A DNA stretch of 64,000 nucleotides, taken from assembly GCA_004297205.1 (NCBI GenBank), contig SCUL01000002.1, positions 6,429-70,428 of the forward strand, given 5' to 3'. Source of the DNA: Patescibacteria group bacterium (GTDB lineage Bacteria; Patescibacteriota; Patescibacteriia; 2-12-FULL-57-11). Positions 39,689 to 50,026 of this stretch are shown piece after piece (the stretch's first letter is position 1; each line of letters starts with the position of its first letter). The notes beneath the pieces are model-generated. The model was given only the letters and a program-made list of their open reading frames with translations. It was not told the DNA's origin and did no database searches. A program made the position numbers and the translations under genes.

Positions 39689-40750
39689 ATGATCAAACGG
39701 TTTTTCGGCGCATTTTCCCGCGACATCGGCATTGACCTGGGTACTGCCAATACCCTGGTCTTTGTCAAAGACAAAGGACTGGTCATCAACGAGCCGTCCG
39801 TGGTCGCCGTGAACAGCCGCACCGGGCAGATTCTGGCGGTCGGCCGCGAGGCCAAGGAGATGGCCGGAAAGACCCCGGCGCACATCGCCGTGGTCCGGCC
39901 GCTGCTCAAAGGCGTCATCTCGGATTTCGAGGTGACCGAGAAGATGCTCAAGTACTTCATCCAGAAGGTGCACGCCGACCGCTCCATGCTGGCGCCGGCG
40001 CCGCGCGTCGTCGTCGGCGTGCCGCTGGAGATCACGGAAGTGGAACGCAAGGCCGTGGAAGACGCCGTGCTGTCCGCCGGCGCGCGCGAAGTCTACCTGA
40101 TCGAGGAGCCGATGGCCGCGGCGATCGGCGCCCGCCTGCCGATCGAGGATGCCATCGGCAACATGATCATCGACATCGGCGGCGGCACCACGGAGATCGC
40201 CGTCATTTCGCTGGGCGGCGTCGTGACCTGGAAGTCGATCCACGTGGCCGGGGACGAACTGACCCGCAACATCGTGCAGTACGCGCGCGACGTGTTTTCG
40301 ATCCTGCTCGGCGAGCGCAACGCCGAACAAGTGAAAATCCGCATCGGCTCCGCTTCCGAGCTGGACGAACCGCTGGAGATGGCGCTGCGCGGCCGCGACC
40401 TCATTTCCGGATTGCCGAAGGAAATCATCGTCACCGACAGCCAGATCCGCGAAGCGCTGGCGCGCTCCGTCAAAACGATCATCGAAAACGTCAAAGCGAC
40501 CCTCGAAAACACGCCGCCGGAACTCGTCGCCGACATTTACGAGCGCGGCATCGTTCTGACCGGCGGCGGCGCGCTTCTGAAGGGGCTCGACAAGGCCATT
40601 TCCCGCGCCGCGCAGATCCCGGTCCGTATCGCCGATGATCCGCTGACCTGCGTGGTCCGAGGCACCGGCGTCATGCTGGAGAATCCGGCGCTGCTCAAGA
40701 TCATCGCCGTGCCGTCGGCCCGCGACGACCGCGGACCGGCCACCGCCTGA
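39689..40750 (+). CDS. mreB: Rod shape-determining protein MreB
   Basis: DIGIDLGTANT, EPSVVA, EEPMAAAIGA, DIGGGTTE, LTGGGALL; promoter TTGCCA-17-TACACT at 39647-39675. Confidence 0.98.
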   Translation: MIKRFFGAFSRDIGIDLGTANTLVFVKDKGLVINEPSVVAVNSRTGQILAVGREAKEMAGKTPAHIAVVRPLLKGVISDFEVTEKMLKYFIQKVHADRSMLAPAPRVVVGVPLEITEVERKAVEDAVLSAGAREVYLIEEPMAAAIGARLPIEDAIGNMIIDIGGGTTEIAVISLGGVVTWKSIHVAGDELTRNIVQYARDVFSILLGERNAEQVKIRIGSASELDEPLEMALRGRDLISGLPKEIIVTDSQIREALARSVKTIIENVKATLENTPPELVADIYERGIVLTGGGALLKGLDKAISRAAQIPVRIADDPLTCVVRGTGVMLENPALLKIIAVPSARDDRGPATA

Positions 40751-40752
40751 CC

Positions 40753-41556
40753 ATGACCTCCCGCCGACGCACCTTCCTGATTCTCACCGCCGCCGGCCTC
40801 CTTGCCGGCGGCGCCTTGTTCGTTGCGCTGCCCGTCTTCGGACCGGCGCGCGGCGCCTTGTCGCGCCTGGCGCTCGCCCCGGGCGACGCGCTCTCGGCAA
40901 CGGGCGCGCGGATCGCCGCCATCTGGACGCGGCCGGCGCCGGAAGAACTCACCGCGGTCCGCACCGAGCGCGACGCGCTCGTGGTGGAGAACGCGCGTTT
41001 GCGCATCCAGGCGCAGGAGGCCGAGGAACTGCGCGGCATCCTGTCGTACCGCGAGCGCACCCGGCAGCGCCTGGAACCGGCACGCATCATTGGACGGAGC
41101 GGCGACCTGGCCATCCAGGCGGTCATGATCGACCGCGGCAGCGACGACGGCGTGGCGCCGGGCATGGCCGTGATCGTCGGCGACGGTTTTTACATCGGCA
41201 CGGTCCGCAAGACCGCGCCGCGCACCGCGGTCGTGCTGCTGGCGCTCGACGGACGCAACCGCACGGCCGCGGCCATCCAGAACGGCGCACGGACCGTCGG
41301 CTACGTGGAGGGGGGCAGGGGATTGGGCATGGCGTTGCGTTTGATTCCGCAGGACGAGAAGGTGGAAACGGGACAGCTCGTGGTGACGTCCGGACTCGAT
41401 CCGGCCGTGCCGCGCGGACTGATCATCGGGCGGGTCGAGCGTGTCAGCCGCGAACCGCAGGAACCGTTCCAGACGGCCGTGGTCAGCCAGATCGTCTCCG
41501 CGGAACGCAATGCCACGGTGGCGGTGGTCATTCCTGACGCCGTGCTCGAACTATGA
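40753..41556 (+). CDS. mreC: Rod shape-determining protein MreC
   Basis: TM plus coiled coil; IDRGS.DGV..GM.V, VVTSGL....P.GL.IG.V. Confidence 0.93.
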   Translation: MTSRRRTFLILTAAGLLAGGALFVALPVFGPARGALSRLALAPGDALSATGARIAAIWTRPAPEELTAVRTERDALVVENARLRIQAQEAEELRGILSYRERTRQRLEPARIIGRSGDLAIQAVMIDRGSDDGVAPGMAVIVGDGFYIGTVRKTAPRTAVVLLALDGRNRTAAAIQNGARTVGYVEGGRGLGMALRLIPQDEKVETGQLVVTSGLDPAVPRGLIIGRVERVSREPQEPFQTAVVSQIVSAERNATVAVVIPDAVLEL

Positions 41557-42071
41557 TCTGGCGGGTACTCGGCTGGTGCGCGTTGCTCGTGGTCTGCGCC
41601 TGGACGGACCTGTTCCTGCTGCCGTCGCTCGGCGCCTCGGCCGGCTTTTGGATGTCGGTGGTGGCGCTGTCGTTTGCGGCGCGCGGTTCCTCGCCGGCCG
41701 TGGGCGGGCTGTTCGGCGGGGTGTTGGGCCTCGTCATCGGCGTGGCCAGCGCCGAGCCCGCCTGGCACCAGGTGGCGGCCGGCGCAGCGGCCGGCGCGCT
41801 CACCGCCCGGGTGGCGGGCACCTATGTGAGCCACCGCTCGCTGCTCTCCGCGGCGGCCACGTCGTTCTTGTGCGCGACGGTGTTCTGGATACCGCCCGTT
41901 GCCGTGGCCGCGGCCGATACGGTCCGCGGCGGCGCAGGCGTCGAGCTGGGATCGGCGTTGGCCGCGTCCGTTTTCCAATCCGTGGCCGCGGCGCTCGTTT
42001 CCATCCCGTTCCTGCTGATGCGCCGCTCGCGGGAGGCGCGCCTGCACCGCCCCGCCGCCTCCTGGCTGTAA
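41553..42071 (+). CDS. mreD: Probable MreD membrane protein
   Basis: Hydrophobic multi-TM protein located between mreC and mrdA; sequence divergent. Confidence 0.65.
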   Translation: MIWRVLGWCALLVVCAWTDLFLLPSLGASAGFWMSVVALSFAARGSSPAVGGLFGGVLGLVIGVASAEPAWHQVAAGAAAGALTARVAGTYVSHRSLLSAAATSFLCATVFWIPPVAVAAADTVRGGAGVELGSALAASVFQSVAAALVSIPFLLMRRSREARLHRPAASWL

Positions 42072-42077
42072 CCGTCC

Positions 42078-44033
42078 ATGTCCGACGAACGCACCCTTCC
42101 CACGAAGTTCACGGTCCGCCGCGCCGGCGACCGTTTTGACGTGACCGATGCCGCCGCCCAGGACCCGGAGGCGGAAGCGGAGCGCCCGCAGTACTTGGGT
42201 GTGGCCATCAGCCGCCGCCGTTTGTCGGTCCTGCTCCTGGTATTGCTGTGCGCCTTCGGCATCCTTTCGGCCCGCGCCGCGCAGCTCCAGGTGTTTTCCG
42301 GCGAGGAGCACCGCACCCGCGCCGACCGCAACCGCATCCGCGTCCTGCCGACGCCGGCGGTGCGCGGCGTCTTTTTCGACCGCACGGGAACGCCGCTCGT
42401 TTCCAACGTCCCGTCGTTCATCCTGACCGTGACCGTCGCCGATCTTCCGGAAGATCCTGCGGAGCGGGCGCGGGTGCTTGCCGCCGCCGCGCACTTGGCA
42501 CGGATGGACGGGGCGGAACTCGACGCGGCCGTGGCGGAAGCGCGCCGGACGCCTTACGTCCCGGTCACGGTAAAAAGCGACGTGTTTTACGACGACGCGG
42601 TGCGTCTGGCCGTCGGCGCCGAACAGCTTCCGGGCGTGGGCGTGTCCGTGGACACCGTCCGTCACTATGCCGGCGCGTCCGGCAGCGTTTCGCTCGGCCA
42701 TGTCTTCGGCTACGTCGGCAAAATCACGGAAGAGGCCTATGCGGCCGCCGTCTCCGGCACGTATCTGCTCAACGACCGCATCGGCCGCAGCGGCATCGAG
42801 GCGGCTTTTGAGCCGCTGCTGCGCGGACACTTCGGCACGCGTCAGGTGGAAGTCGACGCGCTGGGACGGGAACAGCGCATCATTTCAGAGCAGGCTCCGG
42901 TCGACGGTGCCAGCATCCGCTTGTCGCTGGATCTTGCGGCACAGGAAAAGCTGGAGCAGGTGCTGAGCGCGGCCATCCGACGCTCCGGACGCAGCCGCGG
43001 CGCCGCGGCGGCGCTCGATCCGCGCGACGGCGGCGTCATCGCGCTCGTCAGCCTGCCCGGGTACGATCAGAATCTGTTCGCCGGCGGCGTCAGTTCCAGC
43101 ACCTACCGCGCGCTGAACGAGGACGACGACCGGCCCCTCTTCGCCCGCGCCATCTCCGGACTCTACCCATCCGGGTCGACCATCAAGCCGCTGGTCGCCG
43201 CGGCGGCGCTGGAAGCGGGCGTCGTCACCGCGCAGACGACGGTGCTGTCCACGGGAGGCATCCGCTACGGCGCCTGGTTCTTTCCGGACTGGAAAGCCGG
43301 CGGCCACGGCCGGACCGACGTCCGCAAAGCCATCGCCGAGTCGGTCAACACGTTCTTCTACGTGGTCGGCGGCGGCACGGAGACGTTCGCCGGACTCGGC
43401 ATCGACCGGCTGTCGGTCTGGTTCAAACGCTTCGGCCTGGGCACGGCGACCGGCATCGAACTGCCCGGCGAGGCGTCCGGGCTGGTGCCGACGCCCGAAT
43501 GGAAAGAGCGCGTCAAAGGCGAAGCCTGGGTGATCGGCGACACCTACCACGCCGCGATCGGCCAGGGCGACGTGCTGGTGACGCCGCTGCAGATGGCGGT
43601 GGTGACCCAGGCCTTTGCCAACGGCGGAACGGTCTACGCGCCGCATCTGCTGGCGGCCCGCGTCGACAAGCACGGCGAAGCGCTGGCACAACCGAACAAC
43701 ATCGCCGACGACTTCCTGTCCGCCCAGACCCTCGACGTCATCCGGCAGGGGATGCGGCAGACCGTGACCGCCGGCAGCGCCCCGTCGCTCCAGACGGTGC
43801 CGGTGCCCGTCGCCGGCAAGACCGGCACCGCGCAAGGCCGCCCGGACCGCCCCACGCACGCCTGGTTCACCGGCTTCGCCCCGTACGACCGCCCGGAAAT
43901 CGTCATCGCCGTGCTGATCGAGGAAGGCGGCGAGGGTTCGTCGGTCGCCGTGCCGGTGGCGCGCGAGTTCCTGAGCTGGTACTTCAGCCCGGAGCGCCGC
44001 GGCCCATCCACAGATGCGCTTGACGCCCCCTGA
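42078..44033 (+). CDS. mrdA: Penicillin-binding protein 2
   Basis: RG..FDR.G, G.SGIE..FE..LRG, SxxK (STIK), SxN (SVN), KTGT. Confidence 0.96.
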   Translation: MSDERTLPTKFTVRRAGDRFDVTDAAAQDPEAEAERPQYLGVAISRRRLSVLLLVLLCAFGILSARAAQLQVFSGEEHRTRADRNRIRVLPTPAVRGVFFDRTGTPLVSNVPSFILTVTVADLPEDPAERARVLAAAAHLARMDGAELDAAVAEARRTPYVPVTVKSDVFYDDAVRLAVGAEQLPGVGVSVDTVRHYAGASGSVSLGHVFGYVGKITEEAYAAAVSGTYLLNDRIGRSGIEAAFEPLLRGHFGTRQVEVDALGREQRIISEQAPVDGASIRLSLDLAAQEKLEQVLSAAIRRSGRSRGAAAALDPRDGGVIALVSLPGYDQNLFAGGVSSSTYRALNEDDDRPLFARAISGLYPSGSTIKPLVAAAALEAGVVTAQTTVLSTGGIRYGAWFFPDWKAGGHGRTDVRKAIAESVNTFFYVVGGGTETFAGLGIDRLSVWFKRFGLGTATGIELPGEASGLVPTPEWKERVKGEAWVIGDTYHAAIGQGDVLVTPLQMAVVTQAFANGGTVYAPHLLAARVDKHGEALAQPNNIADDFLSAQTLDVIRQGMRQTVTAGSAPSLQTVPVPVAGKTGTAQGRPDRPTHAWFTGFAPYDRPEIVIAVLIEEGGEGSSVAVPVAREFLSWYFSPERRGPSTDALDAP

Positions 44034-44100
44034 GACCGCAGATATCGTTCTTGTAACAACGCGAACACCGCACTGACCCCGTCCGGGGGTCAGTTTTCTT
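44020..44100 (+). promoter_or_regulatory. greA promoter plus leader terminator hairpin
   Basis: TTGACG-17-TATCGT (44020-44048), then ACTGACCCC-GTCCG-GGGGTCAGT-TTTCTT (44072-44100) ending 8 nt before the greA ATG. Confidence 0.6.
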
Positions 44101-44108
44101 CAATCCCT

Positions 44109-44567
44109 ATGTCCGAATACGTCTACGTGACCCATGCCGGCCTCGAGAAGCTCAAGACCGAGCTGCACGAGCTGAAAACCGTGCGCAAACGCGAAGTGGC
44201 CAACCGCATCGAGAAGGCCAAGGAGCTTGGCGACCTCTCCGAGAACGCCGAGTACGCCGATGCCAAGGACGAGATGTCCTTCATTGAAGGCCGCATCATC
44301 GAGCTGGAGGACACCATCAACCGCTCCAAGATCATCGAAGCCGGCGGTACCGACGTCGTCAACATCGGCTGTACGGTGGAGATCGAGGGCGGCGGCCAGA
44401 AAAAGACCTACACCATCGTCGGTTCGAGCGAAGCCGATCCGGCCGCCGGGCGCATCTCCAACGAGACGCCGCTGGCCCGGGCCCTGCTCGGGAAAAAGGT
44501 GGGGGACACGATCGAGGTCACGCTGCCGTCGGGCGCTGTCACCTACACCGTCAAGCTCATTTCCTAG
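44109..44567 (+). CDS. greA: Transcription elongation factor GreA
   Basis: GDLSENAEY..AK, IVGSSEADP..G.ISNE.PL..ALLG. Confidence 0.98.
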   Translation: MSEYVYVTHAGLEKLKTELHELKTVRKREVANRIEKAKELGDLSENAEYADAKDEMSFIEGRIIELEDTINRSKIIEAGGTDVVNIGCTVEIEGGGQKKTYTIVGSSEADPAAGRISNETPLARALLGKKVGDTIEVTLPSGAVTYTVKLIS

Positions 44568-44604
44568 CCGCCCCGCCGACGGTATACTGGATCCGCTTTC
44601 ACGT

Positions 44605-46077
44605 ATGGCCGATGAAATCGTCGCACGCCTCGAGAAGCTGAACGCCCTGCGCGCCGAGGGCGTGGATCCGTATCCGCCCGGTGCGGCCCGGAGTGCCACG
44701 GTCGAAGAAACCCTGGCGCATTTCGCGGCCTGGCTGGACGAAGCGCGCGGGATCACCCTGGCCGGCCGGATCATGACGATCCGCGTTCATGGCGGCCTGC
44801 TTTTCGCCGATCTGCGCGATGGCACCGGGCGCATGCAGATCGCGCTCAAAGAGGATGCGGACGGCGCCGGCTTTGCCCGGATGCGCGACCGGATCGACCC
44901 GGCCGACATCGTCGAGGCCACGGGCACGCTTTTCACCACGAAGCGCGGCGAGCAGACGCTCCTGGTCCGTTCTTGGCGGCCGCTGGCCAAGGCGCTCCTG
45001 CCGTTGCCGGAAAAATGGCACGGACTGACCGACGTGGAGACGCGCTTCCGCGAACGTGAGCTCGACCTGATCGCCAACACCGAGGTGCGGGAACGTTTCG
45101 TGCTGCGTTCGCGCGCCCTGCACGCCATGCGCGCGTTCCTCCAGGGGCGCGGTTTCATGGAGGTCGAAACGCCTATGCTGCATCCGATCGCCGGCGGCGC
45201 CAGCGCCCGGCCGTTCGTGACGCGCCATAACGCTCTCGGCGTCGAATTGTACCTGCGCGTCGCGCCGGAACTGTATCTGAAGCGGCTGCTCGTCGGCGGC
45301 TTCGAGAAGATTTTTGAAATCGGCCGTTGTTTCCGCAATGAGGGCATCGATTACTCGCACAATCCGGAGTTCACGATGCTCGAACTCTATTGGGCCTATG
45401 CGCGCAAGGAGGAATTCCTGTCGTTCCTCGAGGAATTGCTCGGCCGCGTGCTTCAAGAGACGACCGGCGGCACGTCGGTGACCTACGAAGGCGAGACCCT
45501 GGATTTTGCCGCTCCCTGGCCGCGTACCACCTTCCGCGAGATCGTGCTCGAGGCGTGCGGCCTGGATATCGACGCCCTGCGCACGCCGCAGGCGCTGGCC
45601 AAGGCCGCCAAAGGCAAGAAGCTCGACATCGACTTTTCCGATTGCGTGGGACTCGGTGCCTGCTACGACGAACTCTACAAGCGCGTGGCGCGCCCGCAGC
45701 TCATCCGTCCGACCTGGGTGCTCGACTACCCGATCGAAATGAAGCCGCTGACCCGCGTGCATCCCGAGGATCCCACCAAGAGCGCCTCGGCCCAGCTCGT
45801 GGTGCGCGGCGCCGAAGTCATCAACGCCTTCTACCACGAACTGAACGATCCGGAAGACCAGCGGCGCCGGTTCGAGGAACAACAAGCGTTGCGGGAGCAG
45901 GGGAGCGCCGAGGCCCAGCCCATGGATGAAGCGTTCCTGCGCGCGCTCGGCCACGGCATGCCGCCCGCCGCGGGCGTCGGCGTCGGCGTCGACCGGCTGA
46001 TCATGCTGTTGACCGGCGCGCACAACATCAAAGAGACCATCCTCTTCCCGACGCTGCGGCCGGAGCATCCGGTATGA
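44605..46077 (+). CDS. lysS: Lysine--tRNA ligase (class II)
   Basis: PLPEKWHGL.D.E.R.R, GGASARPF.T.HN, FRNEGID.SHNPEFT, GMPP..G.G.GVDRL. Confidence 0.98.
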   Translation: MADEIVARLEKLNALRAEGVDPYPPGAARSATVEETLAHFAAWLDEARGITLAGRIMTIRVHGGLLFADLRDGTGRMQIALKEDADGAGFARMRDRIDPADIVEATGTLFTTKRGEQTLLVRSWRPLAKALLPLPEKWHGLTDVETRFRERELDLIANTEVRERFVLRSRALHAMRAFLQGRGFMEVETPMLHPIAGGASARPFVTRHNALGVELYLRVAPELYLKRLLVGGFEKIFEIGRCFRNEGIDYSHNPEFTMLELYWAYARKEEFLSFLEELLGRVLQETTGGTSVTYEGETLDFAAPWPRTTFREIVLEACGLDIDALRTPQALAKAAKGKKLDIDFSDCVGLGACYDELYKRVARPQLIRPTWVLDYPIEMKPLTRVHPEDPTKSASAQLVVRGAEVINAFYHELNDPEDQRRRFEEQQALREQGSAEAQPMDEAFLRALGHGMPPAAGVGVGVDRLIMLLTGAHNIKETILFPTLRPEHPV

Positions 46078-46508
46078 AAAAGCGCGTCGTGGCCTTCGGC
46101 GTATTCGACCTGATCCATCCGGGCCATGCCGCGTTCCTGAAACGCGCGCGGGCGCTGGGCGACGAGCTGGTCGTCGTCGTGGCCCGCGACGCGCGGGTCA
46201 CGCGGGAAAAGGGGAATGCGCCCCTGTTCCGGGAGCGCGAACGGCTGGCGCTCGTCGCGGCCATGCGCTGGGTGGACAAGGCCGTACTCGGCGAAGCGGC
46301 CGGCCGCTGGACGCTCCTGGCGCGCCTCAAGCCCGCGGTCGTCGCCCTAGGCTACGACCAAACCGTCGCCACGCCGGCCATCGTCCGCCAGATCGCCAAG
46401 CTCAAGAACCGTCCCCGCATCGTCCCGCTGCCGCGCGTCGGCCCCCGTCATCACGCCTCCTCACAGTTCAAGGCACGCCTGTATGATCGACCGCAAACTC
46501 ATCCGTGA
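46074..46508 (+). CDS. Cytidylyltransferase-family nucleotidyltransferase (RibL/FAD-synthase-like)
   Basis: FGVFDLIHPGH (HxGH), VVVARD, LGYDQ. Confidence 0.85.
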   Translation: MKKRVVAFGVFDLIHPGHAAFLKRARALGDELVVVVARDARVTREKGNAPLFRERERLALVAAMRWVDKAVLGEAAGRWTLLARLKPAVVALGYDQTVATPAIVRQIAKLKNRPRIVPLPRVGPRHHASSQFKARLYDRPQTHP

Positions 46509-47799
46509 ACAGACCGCCCTGGTCCGCAAGGCCGTGGCCGACCGCCGCCTGAAGGTCGACGTCGACGCGCTGGTGCGTTTGGAAGAAGAACGTCTCGACG
46601 TCCTGCGCAAGGTGGAAGATTTCCGCGCCATGAAGCGCCGCGCCTCGGACAAGATCGCCCAGGCGCCGGCGGAGGAAAAGCAGCGGTTGATCGCGGAGAT
46701 GAAGGATTTCGACCGCGACGCCGACAAGCTGGAAAAGCGCCTGACCGAACTCGATGCCGAACTCGATGTGTTACTCGCGCAGCTGCCGAACATTCCGCTT
46801 CCGGACGTCCCGGTCGGTCCGGACGAGAGCGGCAACGTCGAAACGCGCCGCGTCGGCGAGCCGACGGCGTTCGATTTTCCCGTCAAAGATCATGTCGCCC
46901 TCGGTGCCGCGCTCGGCGTCATTGATCAGGAGCGCGCCGTGCGCGTCTCCGGCGCCCGTTTTGTCTATCTCATGGGCGACCTGGTCCGCATCCAGAACGC
47001 GCTCGGCCAGCTCGTCATGGATCTGCTGACGGACCGTGCCGCACTGGGCGCGCTGATCACGAAAGCGGGACTCGACGTGCCGGACACGCCGTTCGTCCCT
47101 GTGGTGCCGCCGCTCATGATCACGCCGGAGGTGTTCGCCCGCATGGGCCGCCTCGAGCCGCGTGAAGAGCGCTACCACGTCACCGGCGACGATCTCTACC
47201 TGATCGGCAGCGCCGAGCATACGCTCGGACCGTTGCACATGGACGAGATCCTGGCCGAAGCCGATCTGCCGCTGCGCTACGTGGCGCTGACCCCGGCTTT
47301 CCGCCGCGAGGCCGGCAGCTACGGCAAGGACACGCGCGGCATTCTGCGCCTCCACCAGTTCGACAAAATGGAGATGGAATCGTTCGCGTTGCCGGAACGC
47401 GGCTTGGGCGAACAGGAACTGTTCGTGGCCGTTCAGCAACACGTCGTGGCCTCGCTCGGCATCCCGTACCGCGTCATGCAGATATGCACCGGCGACATGG
47501 GCACGCCCGACGCCCGGCAGATCGACATCGAATGCTGGATGCCCGGACAACAGACCTATCGCGAAACGCACACCTCGGATTACATGACCGATTTCCAGGC
47601 GCGTCGGCTCAACACGCGCGTCAAACGCGCCGACGGCACCACGCAGCTCGTGCACATGAACGACGCCACCGCCGTGGCCATGGGCCGCATGCTGATCGCC
47701 ATCATGGAAAACTATCAGGAGAGGAACGGCGGCATCCGCATCCCGGACGTCTTGAAACCGTATCTGCGCGGCTTGGAACGCATCGCCCCGCGCGACTGA
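46483..47799 (+). CDS. serS: Serine--tRNA ligase
   Basis: N-terminal coiled coil; SAEH, FRREAGSYGKDTRGI.RLHQFDK.E, QARRL, H.N.ATA. Confidence 0.98.
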   Translation: MIDRKLIREQTALVRKAVADRRLKVDVDALVRLEEERLDVLRKVEDFRAMKRRASDKIAQAPAEEKQRLIAEMKDFDRDADKLEKRLTELDAELDVLLAQLPNIPLPDVPVGPDESGNVETRRVGEPTAFDFPVKDHVALGAALGVIDQERAVRVSGARFVYLMGDLVRIQNALGQLVMDLLTDRAALGALITKAGLDVPDTPFVPVVPPLMITPEVFARMGRLEPREERYHVTGDDLYLIGSAEHTLGPLHMDEILAEADLPLRYVALTPAFRREAGSYGKDTRGILRLHQFDKMEMESFALPERGLGEQELFVAVQQHVVASLGIPYRVMQICTGDMGTPDARQIDIECWMPGQQTYRETHTSDYMTDFQARRLNTRVKRADGTTQLVHMNDATAVAMGRMLIAIMENYQERNGGIRIPDVLKPYLRGLERIAPRD

Positions 47800-47804
47800 T
47801 TCCC

Positions 47805-48932
47805 ATGGCCCTGCCGCCGAAAACCTGGGTGGAGGTGTCCCGGGCGGCGCTCCGCCACAATGCGCGTCAGTTCAAACGCGCCCTGGGGCCGAAAACGGCC
47901 TTGATGGTCGTCGTCAAAAGCAACGCCTACGGGCATGGATTGAGTGAAACGGTCCGGGCGCTCAGAGATCACACGCCGTGGTTCGGCGTCGACAGCGTGC
48001 CCGAGGCCATCTTGGGGCTGAAGGCCGCCCCCCGAGCGCGTTTTTTGGTCTTGGGTGCGTCGTTGCCGACCTGGATCGGTTCGGCGGCTCGGAAGGGGAT
48101 CCGTCTGAGTGTTTCGAGCCCGGAGGAGGCGGCGCTTGTCGCGCGCAAGGCGCCGCGAGCGACGGTCCATCTGCAGATTGAAACCGGATTCACCCGTCTG
48201 GGCATCTTGGAGAAAGATCTGCCCGGCACCCTGCGCCGATTGCGTCGCGCCGGGACGAACGTCGAGGGGTTGTTCACCCATTACGCCAACATCGAGGACA
48301 CGACCGAACACAGCTACGCCCGCGGACAGCTGGCGCGATTCCGCAGAGCGCTCGACGTGGCCGAGACGATCCTCGGTCGCGCGGTGCCGCTCCCACATAC
48401 GGCATGCTCGGCCGCGGCGATCTTGTTTCCGCAGACGCATTTCGCCTTGGCGCGCGTCGGCGTGTCGCTCTATGGCCTGTGGCCGAGCAAGGAAACGCTC
48501 GTCTCCGCACGCGCCGCCGGTCGCCCGCTCGATCTGCGCACCGCACTCACCTGGAAAACAACCGTCGCGCAGGTGAAAACCGTCAAAGCCGGTACGCCCG
48601 TCAGCTACGGCCTGACTGAGCGCATGCCCCGCTCGGGGAAGGTTGCCGTACTGCCAGTAGGCTATTGGGACGGTTATGACCGGGGCCTGTCTTCGGTGGC
48701 GACGACGCTGGTGCGGGGCCGCGCTGCCAAAGTTTTGGGACGCGTCTGCATGAACATGATGATGGTCGATGTCAGCGGCATCCCGGGCGTCCGTATGGGC
48801 GACGAGGCGGTGCTCATCGGGCGACAGGGGAGGGGAGAGGTTCGTGTGGAACACCTGGCCGCCAAGATCGGCACCATCAACTACGAAGTCGTGACGCGCA
48901 TCAACCCGACGTTGCCGCGCCTCCTGGTATGA
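47805..48932 (+). CDS. alr: Alanine racemase
   Basis: VVKSNAYGHG (PLP lysine), TGF.RLG, R.G.SLYG, VSYG, GRVCMNM, TINYE. Confidence 0.97.
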   Translation: MALPPKTWVEVSRAALRHNARQFKRALGPKTALMVVVKSNAYGHGLSETVRALRDHTPWFGVDSVPEAILGLKAAPRARFLVLGASLPTWIGSAARKGIRLSVSSPEEAALVARKAPRATVHLQIETGFTRLGILEKDLPGTLRRLRRAGTNVEGLFTHYANIEDTTEHSYARGQLARFRRALDVAETILGRAVPLPHTACSAAAILFPQTHFALARVGVSLYGLWPSKETLVSARAAGRPLDLRTALTWKTTVAQVKTVKAGTPVSYGLTERMPRSGKVAVLPVGYWDGYDRGLSSVATTLVRGRAAKVLGRVCMNMMMVDVSGIPGVRMGDEAVLIGRQGRGEVRVEHLAAKIGTINYEVVTRINPTLPRLLV

Positions 48933-50026
48933 AAAAGATCCGCATCGGCGTCATCTTCGGCGGTCGCAGCGGCGAGCATGAGGTGAGCTGCGCTTCGGCG
49001 CGGAACGTTCTGGCCGCGCTCGACCCGGCCCGATTTGAGACCGAGCCGGTACTGATCGCCAAGGACGGGCGCTGGCACCAGGGCGCCCCGGCGAGCCATT
49101 ATTTGGCCCATGGGAGCCTCCCTGAGGGCCATCTGGGGCCTGGAGCGGCCCTGGCGCCCGTGCCTGCCCCCGAGAGGCCGTATGACGTGCTTTTTCCGCT
49201 GGTGCATGGCACAAACGGCGAGGACGGCACGCTGCAAGGATTGCTTGAATTGGCCGACGTTCCCTATGTCGGCTGCGGCGTCCTCGGCTCGGCCGTGGGC
49301 ATGGACAAGAGCATCCAGAAGGCGCTGCTGCGCGACGCCGGCATTCCCGTCGCCGACGCCGTCCCGTTCACGGCATTCGACGTTGAAACGAAACGCGAGG
49401 CGACGGAGCGCCGGGTCCTTGAGCTGGGTCTGCCGTTGTTCGTGAAGCCGGCGAACGCCGGATCTTCGGTCGGCGTCAGCAAGGTGAAGCGGCAGGAAGA
49501 CCTGCGCGCGGCCATGGCAACGGCCTTGCGCTTCGACCGTCGCGCATTGGCTGAGGCGGCCGTACCGGAGGCGCGCGAATTGGAAATCGCCGTGCTCGGC
49601 AATGACGATCCGCGCCTTTCCTGCATCGGCGAAATCCTGCCGTCCGGCGAGTTTTACGACTACAAGGCGAAGTACGTGGATGGAGACTCGCGCAGCGTCA
49701 TTCCGGCCGAGCTGCCGGAGGGCACGGCAGCCCGCATCCGTGCCATGGCGCAGAGCGCCTTCCGCGCGCTCGACCTGTCCGGCATGGCGCGCGTCGACTT
49801 TTTGCTGTCGCGCACCACGGGTGCGCTGGTCCTGAACGAGGTCAACACCATTCCGGGATTCACGGACATCAGCATGTATCCGTCGCTCTGGACGGCCAGC
49901 GGGCTGGCGCCGCGCGCGCTGCTGACGGAACTCGTTCGCCTGGCCATCGAGCGCCACGAGGGCCGGACGCGTTTGGAGCGTTCCGGTGAGGCCGGCACCT
50001 GGTGGCTGCCTGCACGGACACCGTGA
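48929..50026 (+). CDS. ddl: D-alanine--D-alanine ligase
   Basis: GGRSGEHEVS, HG..GEDG.LQG, KPA.AGSSVG, FYDYKAKY, NEVNTIPGFT. Confidence 0.97.
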   Translation: MKKIRIGVIFGGRSGEHEVSCASARNVLAALDPARFETEPVLIAKDGRWHQGAPASHYLAHGSLPEGHLGPGAALAPVPAPERPYDVLFPLVHGTNGEDGTLQGLLELADVPYVGCGVLGSAVGMDKSIQKALLRDAGIPVADAVPFTAFDVETKREATERRVLELGLPLFVKPANAGSSVGVSKVKRQEDLRAAMATALRFDRRALAEAAVPEARELEIAVLGNDDPRLSCIGEILPSGEFYDYKAKYVDGDSRSVIPAELPEGTAARIRAMAQSAFRALDLSGMARVDFLLSRTTGALVLNEVNTIPGFTDISMYPSLWTASGLAPRALLTELVRLAIERHEGRTRLERSGEAGTWWLPARTP

